A stretch of 64,000 nt of DNA. Source: Candidatus Eiseniibacteriota bacterium. GTDB taxonomy: Bacteria; Joyebacterota; Joyebacteria; Joyebacterales; Joyebacteraceae. The notes under the pieces were generated by a model. The model was not told where the DNA came from. It saw only the letters and a program-made list of their open reading frames with translations, and did no database searches. Position 1 is the first letter of the stretch. Each line of letters opens with the position of its first letter. Both the position numbers and the translations under genes were made by a program. Below are positions 18,824 through 28,945 of the stretch, piece by piece. The stretch covers positions 4,547 through 68,546 of the forward strand of contig JAUXGN010000007.1 in assembly GCA_030622115.1 (NCBI GenBank), in the 5' to 3' direction.

Positions 18824-21314
18824 CTTCTTCCTCTTCTTCTTCGTCTTCTTCCTCCTCCTCCGCCTCGTACTCCTCTTCGTCGTCTTCCTCGTCTTGCTCT
18901 TCGTCTTCTTCCTCGTACTCCCCCGCGTCCTCAGGTTCGTCGTATTCCACCGTGTTCTCTTCAGTTTCGTCAGGCTCGCCGGGAGGATCTGGAGTCTCAA
19001 TGGACTCCGTCTCTTCGAGAGCCACAGCGGTTGCCACGCTGCCAGTCAAGTACTCGGGTCCGACCAGCACATCTCTGGCCTTGCTTCCCTTGAACGGTCC
19101 AACGATCCCGTTCGCTTCAAGAACATCCATCAGACGTCCAGCACGGGCGTATCCTACTGAGAGACGGCGCTGCAGAAGCGATGTCGAGCCCATCTGCATT
19201 CCGACGACGATCTCGATGGCTGTCTCGTAGAGCTCGTCCGACCTCCCGGCCGACATCCGCGCCACACTCTTCGAGTCCTCGAAGTCGAACATGTAGTCGG
19301 GTTTGCCCTGCTTGCGCCAGTACGAGACGATACGAGCGGTCTCCCCCGATGAGACGAAGGCGCCGTGGAGCCTGATCGGGTCCGGTTTGCCCGACGGCAT
19401 GAAGAGCATGTCGCCATTGCCGAGGAGTGTCTGGGCTCCGTTGCGGTCAAGAATTGTTCGGGAGTCCGTCATCGAAATCACGCGGAACGCGATTCTGGAA
19501 GCGAAGTTCGCCTTGATGACGCCTGTGATGACATCGACGGAAGGGCGCTGTGTGGCAAAGATGAGGTGAATGCCAACAGCTCTGGCCATCTGAGCCAGAC
19601 GCTGCACGGGCGCCTCAACTTCACGAGGAGCTCGGACCATCAGATCGGCGAACTCGTCCACAATCACGACGATGTGCGGGAGTCTGTGCTTGTTCTCGTC
19701 CGAGAGAGCGTCGATGTCGTCTCTGTCTTCGATACGCTTGTTGAATCCGTAGATGTCGCGCACAGCCAGACTCGACAGTATGTCGTAGCGCCGATCCATC
19801 TCTCCGACAAGCCACTGCAGCGCCATCGCTGCCGACTTGGCCTCCGTGACGACCGGGGAGATCTGGTGCGGAATGCCGGCATAGCGCGGAAGCTCCAGAC
19901 GCTTGGGGTCGATCATCAGGAAGCGGACCTCATCAGGCGTGGAGCGGCAGAGGATACCCGTGATAAGCGTATTCAGGCAGATGCTCTTTCCTGATCCGGT
20001 CGCACCGGCCACAAGAAGATGCGGCATTCCCGCCAGATCCGCGCAGGAGACCTTCCCTGTCGTGTCCTTGCCGAGAGCCAGGGGGATCTCGGAATCCACT
20101 TTCTGAAATGCGCCGGAGGCGAGGGTCTCCTTAAGATAGACGATTTCAGGGTTCTCGTTCGGGATTTCTATGCCGACGGCGCCTCTGCCTGGAATGGGAG
20201 CGATGATCCGGATCGCAGTGGCTCGCATCGCCAGGGCAAGATCATCCTGAAGGTTCGCGATCTGGCTCACTTTCACGCCTCTGGCAGGTTCGACTTCAAA
20301 CCGTGTGATGACAGGGCCCGGGCGCACGTGTGCCACCGTAGCCTCGACGCCGAAGTCAGCAAGCTTCTCCTCCAGGAGCTGCGAACGAGCCAGCAGCTCC
20401 TCTCGCGACACAGTTCTTCCCGCATCGGCGGGCCGGTCATCGAAAAGAGAAAGCGGGGGAAGCGTGTAGCTTGCGGATTTGCGGGGCCGTTTCGGAACAG
20501 CACGGGTCTGGCCGCGCGTGCCGGCAGTCTGAACAATGGTAGGGATCCTCGGGACCCGCTTCTTTTTCGAGGTCGCGCTGGCCGAGGCAGGATCAGATCT
20601 GACCCGCTTGGCTGCCGCGCCGTTCATGCGCTTCCGCCGTGGATCTTGCTCATCGCCGCTTGCTCGTCTGCGTTCCCTTGTGGGTTTCGTGCGCGTCGCT
20701 TTGGCGGGGCGGTCTTCGCGATCGAACACCCTTTCGGTTAAGGACATAATCGCGCCCCAGAACGAGGACAGAGCCTCACCGACCCGTTCAGCGACCGTGA
20801 TGAAGGGTTGCGTCACCAGGTCGAGATCAAACTCCGTCGTCAGGAGAGTAATCAGGGCGATTCCGCCGATTCCAACAAGGAAGGTGCCTACTCTGCCGAT
20901 ATGTCGCACCCCGAAGTCGGAAAGATAGGCGCCCACGAGACCGGACACGCGCATCATCCCGCCACTGCTTCCCACGTGGATGAGTGTCACCACGATGATG
21001 GTGACAGCGGTCAGAAAGACGCTCCGCAGGGCCAGGGTCTCAACGTCACCGTCTGCGATTCGGTTCCATCCCCACATGATGAGAAGCAGCGGAGCGGTCC
21101 AGGCCGCGAATCCCAGGAGAACGAACATCCAGTTGGAGATCTCTCTGTTCTGGAGACCAAGCTGAGTGGCCCAGATGTCCGGGCCGAGATTGCCCGATAG
21201 AGAGAAGTAGATGTGGCTTCCGAGGCTCACAGCCAGAAGCAATCCGAGGAAGAGAAGCAGCACTCCGACGAGCTGGCGGCGCTTGTCATCGGTCATGTGG
21301 TCAAAGAGCCCCAT
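18813..21314 (-). CDS. ftsK: DNA translocase FtsK/SpoIIIE with C-terminal polyacidic tail
   Basis: N-terminal TM segments, R/K/P-rich linker, motor domain with Walker A GATGSGKS, gamma winged-helix, then ~70 aa of E/D-rich tail. Start chosen at MGLFDH (21314) to avoid overlap with the comB-like gene. Confidence 0.9.
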   Translation of the reverse strand: MGLFDHMTDDKRRQLVGVLLLFLGLLLAVSLGSHIYFSLSGNLGPDIWATQLGLQNREISNWMFVLLGFAAWTAPLLLIMWGWNRIADGDVETLALRSVFLTAVTIIVVTLIHVGSSGGMMRVSGLVGAYLSDFGVRHIGRVGTFLVGIGGIALITLLTTEFDLDLVTQPFITVAERVGEALSSFWGAIMSLTERVFDREDRPAKATRTKPTRERRRASGDEQDPRRKRMNGAAAKRVRSDPASASATSKKKRVPRIPTIVQTAGTRGQTRAVPKRPRKSASYTLPPLSLFDDRPADAGRTVSREELLARSQLLEEKLADFGVEATVAHVRPGPVITRFEVEPARGVKVSQIANLQDDLALAMRATAIRIIAPIPGRGAVGIEIPNENPEIVYLKETLASGAFQKVDSEIPLALGKDTTGKVSCADLAGMPHLLVAGATGSGKSICLNTLITGILCRSTPDEVRFLMIDPKRLELPRYAGIPHQISPVVTEAKSAAMALQWLVGEMDRRYDILSSLAVRDIYGFNKRIEDRDDIDALSDENKHRLPHIVVIVDEFADLMVRAPREVEAPVQRLAQMARAVGIHLIFATQRPSVDVITGVIKANFASRIAFRVISMTDSRTILDRNGAQTLLGNGDMLFMPSGKPDPIRLHGAFVSSGETARIVSYWRKQGKPDYMFDFEDSKSVARMSAGRSDELYETAIEIVVGMQMGSTSLLQRRLSVGYARAGRLMDVLEANGIVGPFKGSKARDVLVGPEYLTGSVATAVALEETESIETPDPPGEPDETEENTVEYDEPEDAGEYEEEDEEQDEEDDEEEYEAEEEEEDEEEEEEDEL

Positions 21315-21345
21315 TGACTGTTTCCCCCGTCTGGTTTGGATCCGC

Positions 21346-22092
21346 TCAGCGGTGAGATGAGTGCTCGCGTCCCTGTATTCTCCCGTCCAGCACTGTTGGA
21401 ACGGACGACGAGAGATCCAGTCTGCTGCAGAACCCGACGTCATCCTCGAAACCGAGGCTGGTGAGGTACCGCCCGTGAGAGGATCGTTTCACGACCTCGG
21501 CGATATCTGTCATCGATGCGGCAAGGAGACGCGCCGCAACTGCAGCATCATTGAGAGCGAGTTCGCCCTGGAAGGCTTCGGCGAGTCCGTTGACCATGAG
21601 GCCACCACAGACGAAATCCTCCAATGCGAGCAGACCATTCGTGCCGGCACAGAGAACAGAGACGTGCTCGGCTTCCGATGAGATGAGATGAGCAACAACG
21701 GCCTTGAGGTTGAGGAAACACCCAATCGCTATTCGGTCGGCCGCCGCCGCCTTAGTTATGGCAGTCGTCCCGTTGGTTGTCGAGAAAACGAGAGTCTTGC
21801 CTCGAACTGCAGTGCCGACGTACTCCAGAGGGGAATTGCCCAGGTCGAAACCGTCGACCTTCATGCTCTCCTGCTCCCCGCACAGCAGCGCCTTCTCACG
21901 ATCGAGTGTCGGGAGGAGGCGTGTCGCCTCTTCGACACCGGCAACCGGGATGATGCGTTCGACGCCGTTCTCGTACGCCTGCACGATCGTACTTGAAGCA
22001 CGAAGCACGTCGATCACAACGACGTGGGTTCCCTTGGCTCTTGACTCAGCGAACACGCCGGCCGTCACATAAAGGCGCAGATCCATGGTCAT
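21346..22092 (-). CDS. 2-phosphosulfolactate phosphatase (ComB) family protein
   Basis: VVVIDVLRASSTI matches the ComB family signature; ~250 aa. Start at MTMDLRLYV avoids overlap with accC. Confidence 0.7.
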   Translation of the reverse strand: MTMDLRLYVTAGVFAESRAKGTHVVVIDVLRASSTIVQAYENGVERIIPVAGVEEATRLLPTLDREKALLCGEQESMKVDGFDLGNSPLEYVGTAVRGKTLVFSTTNGTTAITKAAAADRIAIGCFLNLKAVVAHLISSEAEHVSVLCAGTNGLLALEDFVCGGLMVNGLAEAFQGELALNDAAVAARLLAASMTDIAEVVKRSSHGRYLTSLGFEDDVGFCSRLDLSSSVPTVLDGRIQGREHSSHR

Positions 22093-22105
22093 GATGTCGG
22101 GAGGC

Positions 22106-23470
22106 TTACGTCGGGCCTGTCTCGGCCTCCATCCCAGCCTTTCTCTCAAGAGTGCCCGTGTCAAACGTGCCGGCGCGGAAATCCGGATCCTGCATCATCT
22201 CCAGGTGGAACGGGATGGTGGTGGTCACTCCTTCCACCACGAACTCCTGGAGAGCCCGCTGCATTCTCGCTATGGCCTCATCGCGTGTGTTGCCGTGAGC
22301 GAGAAGCTTCGCGATCATTGAATCATAGTAGGGTGGAATGAAGTAGCCGCTGTACACGTGCGTGTCCACTCGGATCCCCGGCCCGCCGGGGACATACAGT
22401 TCAGTGACGCGGCCGGGCCTCGGAGCGAAGTCCTTTGCGGGGTCTTCCGCGTTAATCCGGCATTCAATCGCGTGGCCCCGTATCGTGATAGCAGATTGGT
22501 CCACAGAGAGAGGTTCTCCCGCTGCGATTCTGATCTGTTCTTTGACAAGGTCGACGCCGGTCACGAGTTCGGTGACCGGATGCTCTACCTGGATCCTCGT
22601 GTTCATCTCCATGAAGTAGAAGTCGCCGCGCGCATCAAGAAGGAACTCGATCGTACCAGCGCTCGCGTAGCCGATTCCCTTGGCGCCTCTGATGGCCGCC
22701 TCTCCCATTCTCGCTCTCAAGGCCGGATCAACGGCCGGTGACGGCGATTCCTCGATCAGCTTCTGGTGTCGTCGTTGAATGGAGCAGTCGCGCTCACCGA
22801 GGTGGACGACGTTGCCGAAATTGTCGCCCAACAGTTGAAACTCGATGTGCCGGGGTTCCATGATCAATTTCTCGAGGTAGATCTCCCCATTGCCGAATGC
22901 CGCGTTGGCCTCAGCGCTCGCGATCCGGAAGGCGTTCTTGACGCTGTCCCGGTCCTTCGCAACGCGCATTCCCTTCCCGCCACCGCCCGCAGAGGCCTTG
23001 ACCATTACCGGATACCCGATCTGGTCTGCTGCTTCCTGGGCAGCCTCGGGGTCTGCCACAACGCCCTTGCTTCCGGGGATGATAGGAACACCCACCTTTG
23101 ACATCATCTTGCGGGCCTGCGCCTTGTTTCCCATGAGGCGCATCATCTCGCCGGTCGGCCCGATGAAGACAAGGTCGTGAGCAGCGCAGATGTCGGCGAA
23201 TGCATCGTTCTCGGCGAGGAAACCATAGCCTGGATGAACAGTCTGCGCTCCGGTGATCTCACAGGCACTCAGTATGGCCTTGACGTCAAGGTAGCTCTTA
23301 GCGCTTTGTGCCGGACCGATGCAGACGGCTTCGTCTGCGAACTTCACGTGCAGTGCATCAACGTCGGCTTCCGAGTGCACGGCCACCGTGGGTATGCCGA
23401 GTTCCTTGCAGGCGCGCATCACCCGGATGGCTATCTCACCGCGGTTGGCAACGAGGATCTTGTTGAACAT
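22106..23470 (-). CDS. accC: acetyl-CoA carboxylase, biotin carboxylase subunit
   Basis: [15 protein letters not shown]-terminus and ATP-grasp motifs; 454 aa. Confidence 0.95.
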   Translation of the reverse strand: MFNKILVANRGEIAIRVMRACKELGIPTVAVHSEADVDALHVKFADEAVCIGPAQSAKSYLDVKAILSACEITGAQTVHPGYGFLAENDAFADICAAHDLVFIGPTGEMMRLMGNKAQARKMMSKVGVPIIPGSKGVVADPEAAQEAADQIGYPVMVKASAGGGGKGMRVAKDRDSVKNAFRIASAEANAAFGNGEIYLEKLIMEPRHIEFQLLGDNFGNVVHLGERDCSIQRRHQKLIEESPSPAVDPALRARMGEAAIRGAKGIGYASAGTIEFLLDARGDFYFMEMNTRIQVEHPVTELVTGVDLVKEQIRIAAGEPLSVDQSAITIRGHAIECRINAEDPAKDFAPRPGRVTELYVPGGPGIRVDTHVYSGYFIPPYYDSMIAKLLAHGNTRDEAIARMQRALQEFVVEGVTTTIPFHLEMMQDPDFRAGTFDTGTLERKAGMEAETGPT

Positions 23471-23498
23471 CAGGGGTCATTTCCTCCAGCGCGCCTGG

Positions 23499-23984
23499 TC
23501 AATCGGGTTGAATCATGAACATGGCCTCGCCGAACTCAACCGGCTTGGCGTTTTCCTTTACGATCCGGACGATCGTGCCGCTCACCTCGGACTCGATCTC
23601 GTTCATGAGTTTCATGGCTTCCACGATGCAGACAACCTGACCCACACTGATGTGGTCGCCCTGCTTCACGTAGGGCGGTGCTTCGGGCGAATGCGCCGCG
23701 TAGAAGGTGCCCACCATCGGCGATACGATCGGGACCAGACCGGAATCCCGCTCTGCTTGAGCATCCGTGACCTCCGCCGGCGCCGCAGTCGCGGCCGGAG
23801 CCGCCTGAGGAGCATGAACTGCAACAGGAGCCGCCGTCATGGCGGCCACTGGCGGGCCTCCCTTGATGATCTTCACGGAACTCAGGAACCGAGAAACATG
23901 AAGCTCCTGAATATCGCTGTCCTCCACCAGCCTGATGAGTTCCTCCAGCTTCCTCTTGTCCATCTCGCCTCCTGCGGTGCGCAC
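23499..23984 (-). CDS. accB: acetyl-CoA carboxylase biotin carboxyl carrier protein
   Basis: Ala/Pro-rich linker and biotinylation motif EAMKLMNEIE near the C-terminus. Confidence 0.9.
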   Translation of the reverse strand: MRTAGGEMDKRKLEELIRLVEDSDIQELHVSRFLSSVKIIKGGPPVAAMTAAPVAVHAPQAAPAATAAPAEVTDAQAERDSGLVPIVSPMVGTFYAAHSPEAPPYVKQGDHISVGQVVCIVEAMKLMNEIESEVSGTIVRIVKENAKPVEFGEAMFMIQPD

Positions 23985-23993
23985 GCGCTCGGA

Positions 23994-24554
23994 TCAGACG
24001 CGCGAAACGTACTCTCCGGTGCGTGTGTCCACCTTCACAACGGTGCCCTCAGAAAGAAAGAGGGGTACTTGGACGACGGCCCCGGTCTCCAGGGTCGCCG
24101 GCTTGGACCCGCCTGATACCGTGTCTCCCTTGACTCCCGGGTCGGTCCTCGTGATCTCAAGTTCGACGAAGGTGGGCATCTCAATGGTGATAGGCTCCTC
24201 GCCGTCGAGGAGGAATTCCACTTCCATTCCATCTTTGAGAAACGATGCATTCCTCTCACCGATGACGATCTCTTGAAGAGATATCTGATCGTAGTTGTCG
24301 AGCCTCATGAAGTTGAGCATGTCATCACGGTAGAGGAACTGGGCCTTGACCCGGTCCAGTCTGACGTCCTCTATCTTCTCCCCTGCTCTCCAAGTGATCT
24401 CAAGGACTCGTCCGCTTCGGATCTCCTTGAGCTTGCTCCGCACGAAGGCGGCGCCCTTCCCCGGCTTCACGTGGAGAAACTGAACGACGGTGTAGAGTTT
24501 GCCGTCCCTCCGGATGACCATTCCGTTGCGGAAGTCGTTGGTCGTTGTTGCCAT
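23994..24554 (-). CDS. efp: elongation factor P
   Basis: MATTTNDFRNGMVI...KPGKGAAFVRSKLK (KPGKG loop); 186 aa from the ATG at 24554. Confidence 0.9.
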   Translation of the reverse strand: MATTTNDFRNGMVIRRDGKLYTVVQFLHVKPGKGAAFVRSKLKEIRSGRVLEITWRAGEKIEDVRLDRVKAQFLYRDDMLNFMRLDNYDQISLQEIVIGERNASFLKDGMEVEFLLDGEEPITIEMPTFVELEITRTDPGVKGDTVSGGSKPATLETGAVVQVPLFLSEGTVVKVDTRTGEYVSRV

Positions 24555-24759
24555 TCGGGTGATTCTCCCTGAATGATAGCTGCGCCGTCTAGACGTCCAT
24601 ATCTGATGCAGCATACAGCCGGGCTGATCGGGCGTCAACACGTATGTGGGGGATCCCACCACAGTTCCGTGAGGGTACTTGCGACGTGCTGGAGCGAACT
24701 ACGCCCCGGTAGCGTCATCAGGCGCTCGCCGGGACGTGGTGCGAAATGCGGGTCATACA

Positions 24760-25470
24760 TCATTGGACCTCGGCCATCGCCCTCCTGTAGTCCCCCACGC
24801 GCTCCTGCGCTGCTTCGTCGTCGGGATTCCTTGCGAGAATGCGCTCGCAGATCTCAAGCGCCTTGTCGGGAAGTCCCTGCTTGGCGTAGATCTCCGCGAG
24901 GGTCAGCGTGGCGATCGCATCGAGGTCATCCGTGAGTGTCGGTGTGACATCGGCGCCCCGAACGCTGAAAAGCCCCTCCAGATGCTCCAGTTCCACAGCC
25001 AGGCTTCCGGTCTTCTGCGGGACTTCGCTTTCCGAAGGTGTTGCCTCGAAAGAGCCGTTCTCTACCTGCTCGATCAGACTCCCTGTGACAGCTTCCTCCA
25101 GGAAGGCCATCGCCTCCACGTTGTCGGGATCAAGACGAGTGACCTCGCGGTACGCCTCAGTGGCTTCCTCGAGGCGCCCGCTGTTGTCCAGAGCGCGTGC
25201 GAGCACGACCCTCATCGAAATGTGTCCGGGGTAGGATACGAGTCCCGCCCGGGCCGTTCTTATAGAATCCTCAAGCCGGTTCTGAAGGCGATATGATTCT
25301 GCAAGGGGCGCGTGTACTCGTGGAGATTCTGCAGTCTCGAGTTCGCGCTCCAGTCCAAGTATGGCGGCCTGCAGGGCACTTGCATCGAGGGGTGTCACGG
25401 TCGCTCCGGAGAAGAGTGGATTCCTGGATGGAAGACGTCTGGTGTCACTTGCGCGCGTCTTCCCGAGCAT
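24760..25470 (-). CDS. tetratricopeptide-repeat protein
   Basis: Several TPR-like helical repeats (AxxY..A motifs); no catalytic motif. Confidence 0.6.
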   Translation of the reverse strand: MLGKTRASDTRRLPSRNPLFSGATVTPLDASALQAAILGLERELETAESPRVHAPLAESYRLQNRLEDSIRTARAGLVSYPGHISMRVVLARALDNSGRLEEATEAYREVTRLDPDNVEAMAFLEEAVTGSLIEQVENGSFEATPSESEVPQKTGSLAVELEHLEGLFSVRGADVTPTLTDDLDAIATLTLAEIYAKQGLPDKALEICERILARNPDDEAAQERVGDYRRAMAEVQ

Positions 25471-25558
25471 CGCAAGGGCGCGGGAACGTTACCAAAGGAT
25501 ACTGCGTGTGTCAAGGCAAAAGCCCTGCTCTGGGCGCGCCTCAGGTCTGAGAAACATG

Positions 25559-26548
25559 CTAGCGAAATGTGTTCGCTATGGCGTCCAGGTTTCTCATCAC
25601 GGGGGTCTTGTCGAGACCGGGAGCGAAGAGGCTGACGTCAACGATGTAGGTTCTCTGGTCGTCGGAGTCATGGAAAGCGTATGTGCGGAAAGGGCCGCCG
25701 CCTACAAGATCCATGTTTCCCCACCACCCGGAGATGCAGATGGCCGTTCGCCCGCTGAAGCTCACCGTGTCGACAAGAACCGGGCGTCGCAGTTCGACCG
25801 TGTCGCCGTTGTGGTAAGCTCTGCACACGGCGTCCCGGGCGGCGATGAGCGAATCTCGCGTGATCTCCTGCTCGTGTGCACTATCCGTCCACCTGACGAA
25901 CACAAATCTGTCCGGCCGCGGGCGTCCGAAGATCACGAATCCTTCCTTGTCGGCGCCGCTGTCGAACTCGTAGCCGGATGGGAGGCAGAGCGACCAGCCG
26001 TAGCGCTCCTCCAGCATGGCAGAGATGCCCGCTTTCTCCGCGTCCTCACAGAGTCCACCGGCGAGCCGTTCGCGCGCCGCCGCTATCAGAGCTTTCACCA
26101 GCTCATCGCCGTGCGACTCGACATAGCTCACAAGCTCCTCAGGCGAGTCTCCCATGAGAGTGGCGACCACCTGCCGGTTTGCCCAGACATCAGTGGCGAC
26201 ATGAAGCTCGATGGGACCGGAGACCGGAACCCCTGCCACATTCTTCCGAACGAGATCAGCCACGCCACCTTCTCCCCAGACTCCGAGGAGCAGAATGTGT
26301 CGCCGGCTTCGCAGACTGCCGAAATCTCTCGGTGTCGTTGCAAGAACCTCATAGGCCGGCTCACCGAGCATCCACGCGCGCCTTGCGCCGAATACCTGCT
26401 TGGCCAGTGGGCCGGCGCTTGCATGGAGTTCGCTGTCTACGACGATAACAAGGTCGTCGGACTCGCCAACTGCGGACATTGAGGGTCCGGAACACGAAGT
26501 GAGGCCCAGGGCCAGGCACAGCAGAAGGATGACGATCGCCTCTTTCAC
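25559..26548 (-). CDS. hypothetical lipoprotein
   Basis: MKEAIVILLLCLALGLTSCSG: signal peptide with lipobox LTSC. The remainder has no recognisable catalytic motif. Confidence 0.5.
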   Translation of the reverse strand: MKEAIVILLLCLALGLTSCSGPSMSAVGESDDLVIVVDSELHASAGPLAKQVFGARRAWMLGEPAYEVLATTPRDFGSLRSRRHILLLGVWGEGGVADLVRKNVAGVPVSGPIELHVATDVWANRQVVATLMGDSPEELVSYVESHGDELVKALIAAARERLAGGLCEDAEKAGISAMLEERYGWSLCLPSGYEFDSGADKEGFVIFGRPRPDRFVFVRWTDSAHEQEITRDSLIAARDAVCRAYHNGDTVELRRPVLVDTVSFSGRTAICISGWWGNMDLVGGGPFRTYAFHDSDDQRTYIVDVSLFAPGLDKTPVMRNLDAIANTFR

Positions 26549-26550
26549 GC

Positions 26551-27405
26551 CTACCTCCAGAGTTTGAGTTCATCCCAACCGACAGCGCCAAGCCCTGCCG
26601 GTACCGCGATTCTCAGGGCTACCCTGTCCACTGCCGGCCCGCGCCTGAACCGCGTGAACAGGAGCTTCAACTCCTGCGGACGCGTGCTGCGTGAATCGTA
26701 GACAAGCGTGGAAGTGTGTGGAGCGGGGATCCCGCTTTTCCACCCGTGCCCAACGTAATCGATTTCGATCTTCCCGTTCCCGTCGCCGTCGGCGATCTCC
26801 ACACGTTTGAGTTCGCGAAGATCATCCGTGAGTGTGAAGGCAACCGACCTCTCGCCGACGAGTCCCTTGATCAGGGTCAGCCCCTTGCTCCCTCCCACCT
26901 CCGGACTGTCGATCGAGAGAAGGGTTCGAGGGGTAAGGAATCCCAACATCAGCGCCGGCAGGTCGATCATGTCGAGCCCGTCCCATTCATCCTCGAGGCA
27001 TCCCTCTATCCACAGAGGCACACCCGGCAGATACGCCTCGGAACACGTTCCATCCACCTCGAGTTGAAGGCTCCCGATCGGACCCGTGATCACGGCGGTT
27101 GGTCGCACGTCCATGCGGATCCAGGACGGATCATCATACAGCAAGGCGAAGGAGAAGCGAGTCATACTGTTCGATGTCGACAACCGACCGGTTCCCGAGG
27201 CTCGCACGGATGATGGCTCTCCCCAGTGATCGGCGATTGTGGTGGCTATCCTCTCAAGTTTGCCTGCTTCCACCGGCTCTGTTCGGAGTTCGTGGCGTCC
27301 GCAACCGGCGAGCGTGGCGAGGATGAGGGCGATCGCGAGGATTGCCGGCGTGGCGCGCCGGCGCGCGCATGGTCCCCCGACGGCAGACAGCTTCTCAGTC
27401 ACCAT
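26551..27405 (-). CDS. hypothetical lipoprotein, possibly LolA-like fold (DUF4292-like)
   Basis: Start at MVTEKL gives a lipobox LAGC and avoids overlap with the upstream TPR gene. Size and context (flanked by TPR genes) resemble FCB-group LolA-like DUF4292 lipoproteins; family assignment is from memory. Confidence 0.4.
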   Translation of the reverse strand: MVTEKLSAVGGPCARRRATPAILAIALILATLAGCGRHELRTEPVEAGKLERIATTIADHWGEPSSVRASGTGRLSTSNSMTRFSFALLYDDPSWIRMDVRPTAVITGPIGSLQLEVDGTCSEAYLPGVPLWIEGCLEDEWDGLDMIDLPALMLGFLTPRTLLSIDSPEVGGSKGLTLIKGLVGERSVAFTLTDDLRELKRVEIADGDGNGKIEIDYVGHGWKSGIPAPHTSTLVYDSRSTRPQELKLLFTRFRRGPAVDRVALRIAVPAGLGAVGWDELKLWR

Positions 27406-27412
27406 GGTTGCC

Positions 27413-28723
27413 TCATTCAGAAGAGCCTTGGTCTCCGTTCGCCCGTCCAAGACGCTCAAGAGTGGAGGTCCTTCCCGGTTCGAGTTCGAGGGCCTTGAGC
27501 CACGACTCCGTGGCATCGGAAACGCGGCCGACCTGCAAATACGCATCTCCAAGATGCTCGTGGATCAACGGCTCGCTCCCGCCAAGTTCGACCGCCGCTT
27601 CGAGTTCGCGAACAGCCTTGAGACCCTGTCCGTGTGCGAAGTACACCCAACCAAGCGTATCGCGCACGCGGGGATTCAGCGGCACAAGCTCGACCGCTCT
27701 GATCGCGTACTCAAGAGCAGTCTCAAGATTGTTGCCTGTTTCCGAGGAGTGATAGGCTATGAAGTTGAGTGCCACCACCGATTCAGGTTCGAGCGCGAGA
27801 ATCCTCTCAAAGGTCTCGAGCGCGCGGTCCTCAGCTCCGGATGCAATCTCGACCGAGCCCCTTGCTGCGAGGAGCCGCTCGCTCTCACCCCACGTCTGCT
27901 CGGCTTCTGCAAGGATGGCGAGCGCTTCTTCGTAGCGGCCCATGGCTGCGTAGGCCCTACCGAGCGACAGGAATTCATCCTGGCGTGCGGTCAGGCTTCT
28001 GGTGACGTTCTCAAGGAGAGAAACGACATCCGAGTATCGCCCTGCACGCAGAAGGCTCTCCCCAAGAAGAGCGACCGTCGCACTGTTTGAGGGTTCAAGC
28101 CGATAGGCGCGCTGCAGTTCGGACAAGGCTTCTTCCCCGCGTCCCAGCGCCATGAGTGACCGGGCATGAAGGAACGCCATCTCGGGACTCAGGGTATCCT
28201 GAAGAGCGCGGCTGGAGAGCGTCGCTGCCGCGTCCTCGATTCTGCCCTGCGACATCTGGGCCTGGCCAAGAAGCGCCGTCAGTCTCGACGGTGAGCCGGT
28301 CTGTGAAACGACTCCGATGAGAAGAGACTCGGCCGCAGTCGGTTCAGCACGAGCCAGAAGCACCTCGGCGTGCACGGCCAGAACCTCCAGATCATCAGGA
28401 CAGAGCGTCCCGGCCTTCTCGATAGTGCGCAGGGCCTCGTCGAGTTGCCCCAGGACCATCTGAACGCGCGCTTGAGCTCGTCCAAGTTCGCAGCTTTCGT
28501 GCAAGTAGGAGGCCGCCCTTCGGTATTGCACGAGTGCCTCGCGCGGCATGCTCTCGACCTCCATGAGGCGGCCGAGGCTATAGTGCAGGTACCCCTGAGC
28601 CGAGATCCGCATCGCACTGGCTGTTTCCTGGCTCACTGCTTGAGCAGTCATGTGAGGGACTGCCGAAACAAACAGCAGAAGAACCCAGAGCAGCCACTTC
28701 CGCGTAGTTGTGTGCATTGACAC
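27413..28723 (-). CDS. secreted tetratricopeptide-repeat protein
   Basis: Signal peptide MSMHTTTRKWLLWVLLLFVSAVPHMTAQA followed by ~10 TPR units. Confidence 0.65.
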   Translation of the reverse strand: MSMHTTTRKWLLWVLLLFVSAVPHMTAQAVSQETASAMRISAQGYLHYSLGRLMEVESMPREALVQYRRAASYLHESCELGRAQARVQMVLGQLDEALRTIEKAGTLCPDDLEVLAVHAEVLLARAEPTAAESLLIGVVSQTGSPSRLTALLGQAQMSQGRIEDAAATLSSRALQDTLSPEMAFLHARSLMALGRGEEALSELQRAYRLEPSNSATVALLGESLLRAGRYSDVVSLLENVTRSLTARQDEFLSLGRAYAAMGRYEEALAILAEAEQTWGESERLLAARGSVEIASGAEDRALETFERILALEPESVVALNFIAYHSSETGNNLETALEYAIRAVELVPLNPRVRDTLGWVYFAHGQGLKAVRELEAAVELGGSEPLIHEHLGDAYLQVGRVSDATESWLKALELEPGRTSTLERLGRANGDQGSSE

Positions 28724-28945
28724 CTCCGCAAGACCTCCATCATGATGATGTGCAGGCTGACTCTACCATGTGGAGCCCCGGTACTCAAGGTGTCCAGCCG
28801 GAAACCCACGAGGTTCTTTGATGATCCGTCCTCTTGTGCTATCTTGAATTGTAGGATGTCGTTTCGCGTCTCAGTATTCACACACGTGCACGTGTCACCC
28901 GACTTGGGTATGTCGGACAACGCGATGATGCAGGAGGCTACGAAG

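Noticed and set aside
18824-19000. Highly basic N-terminal extension (RKKTKSKTRKTTKRSTRRRRRKKTKKKRKK) on ORF 18062..19000
   Set aside because: It is the +1 frame of the GAR-repeat DNA that encodes the FtsK polyacidic tail on the same strand. The downstream gene has a proper ATG (18823) followed by a signal peptide, so the basic stretch is not translated as part of it.
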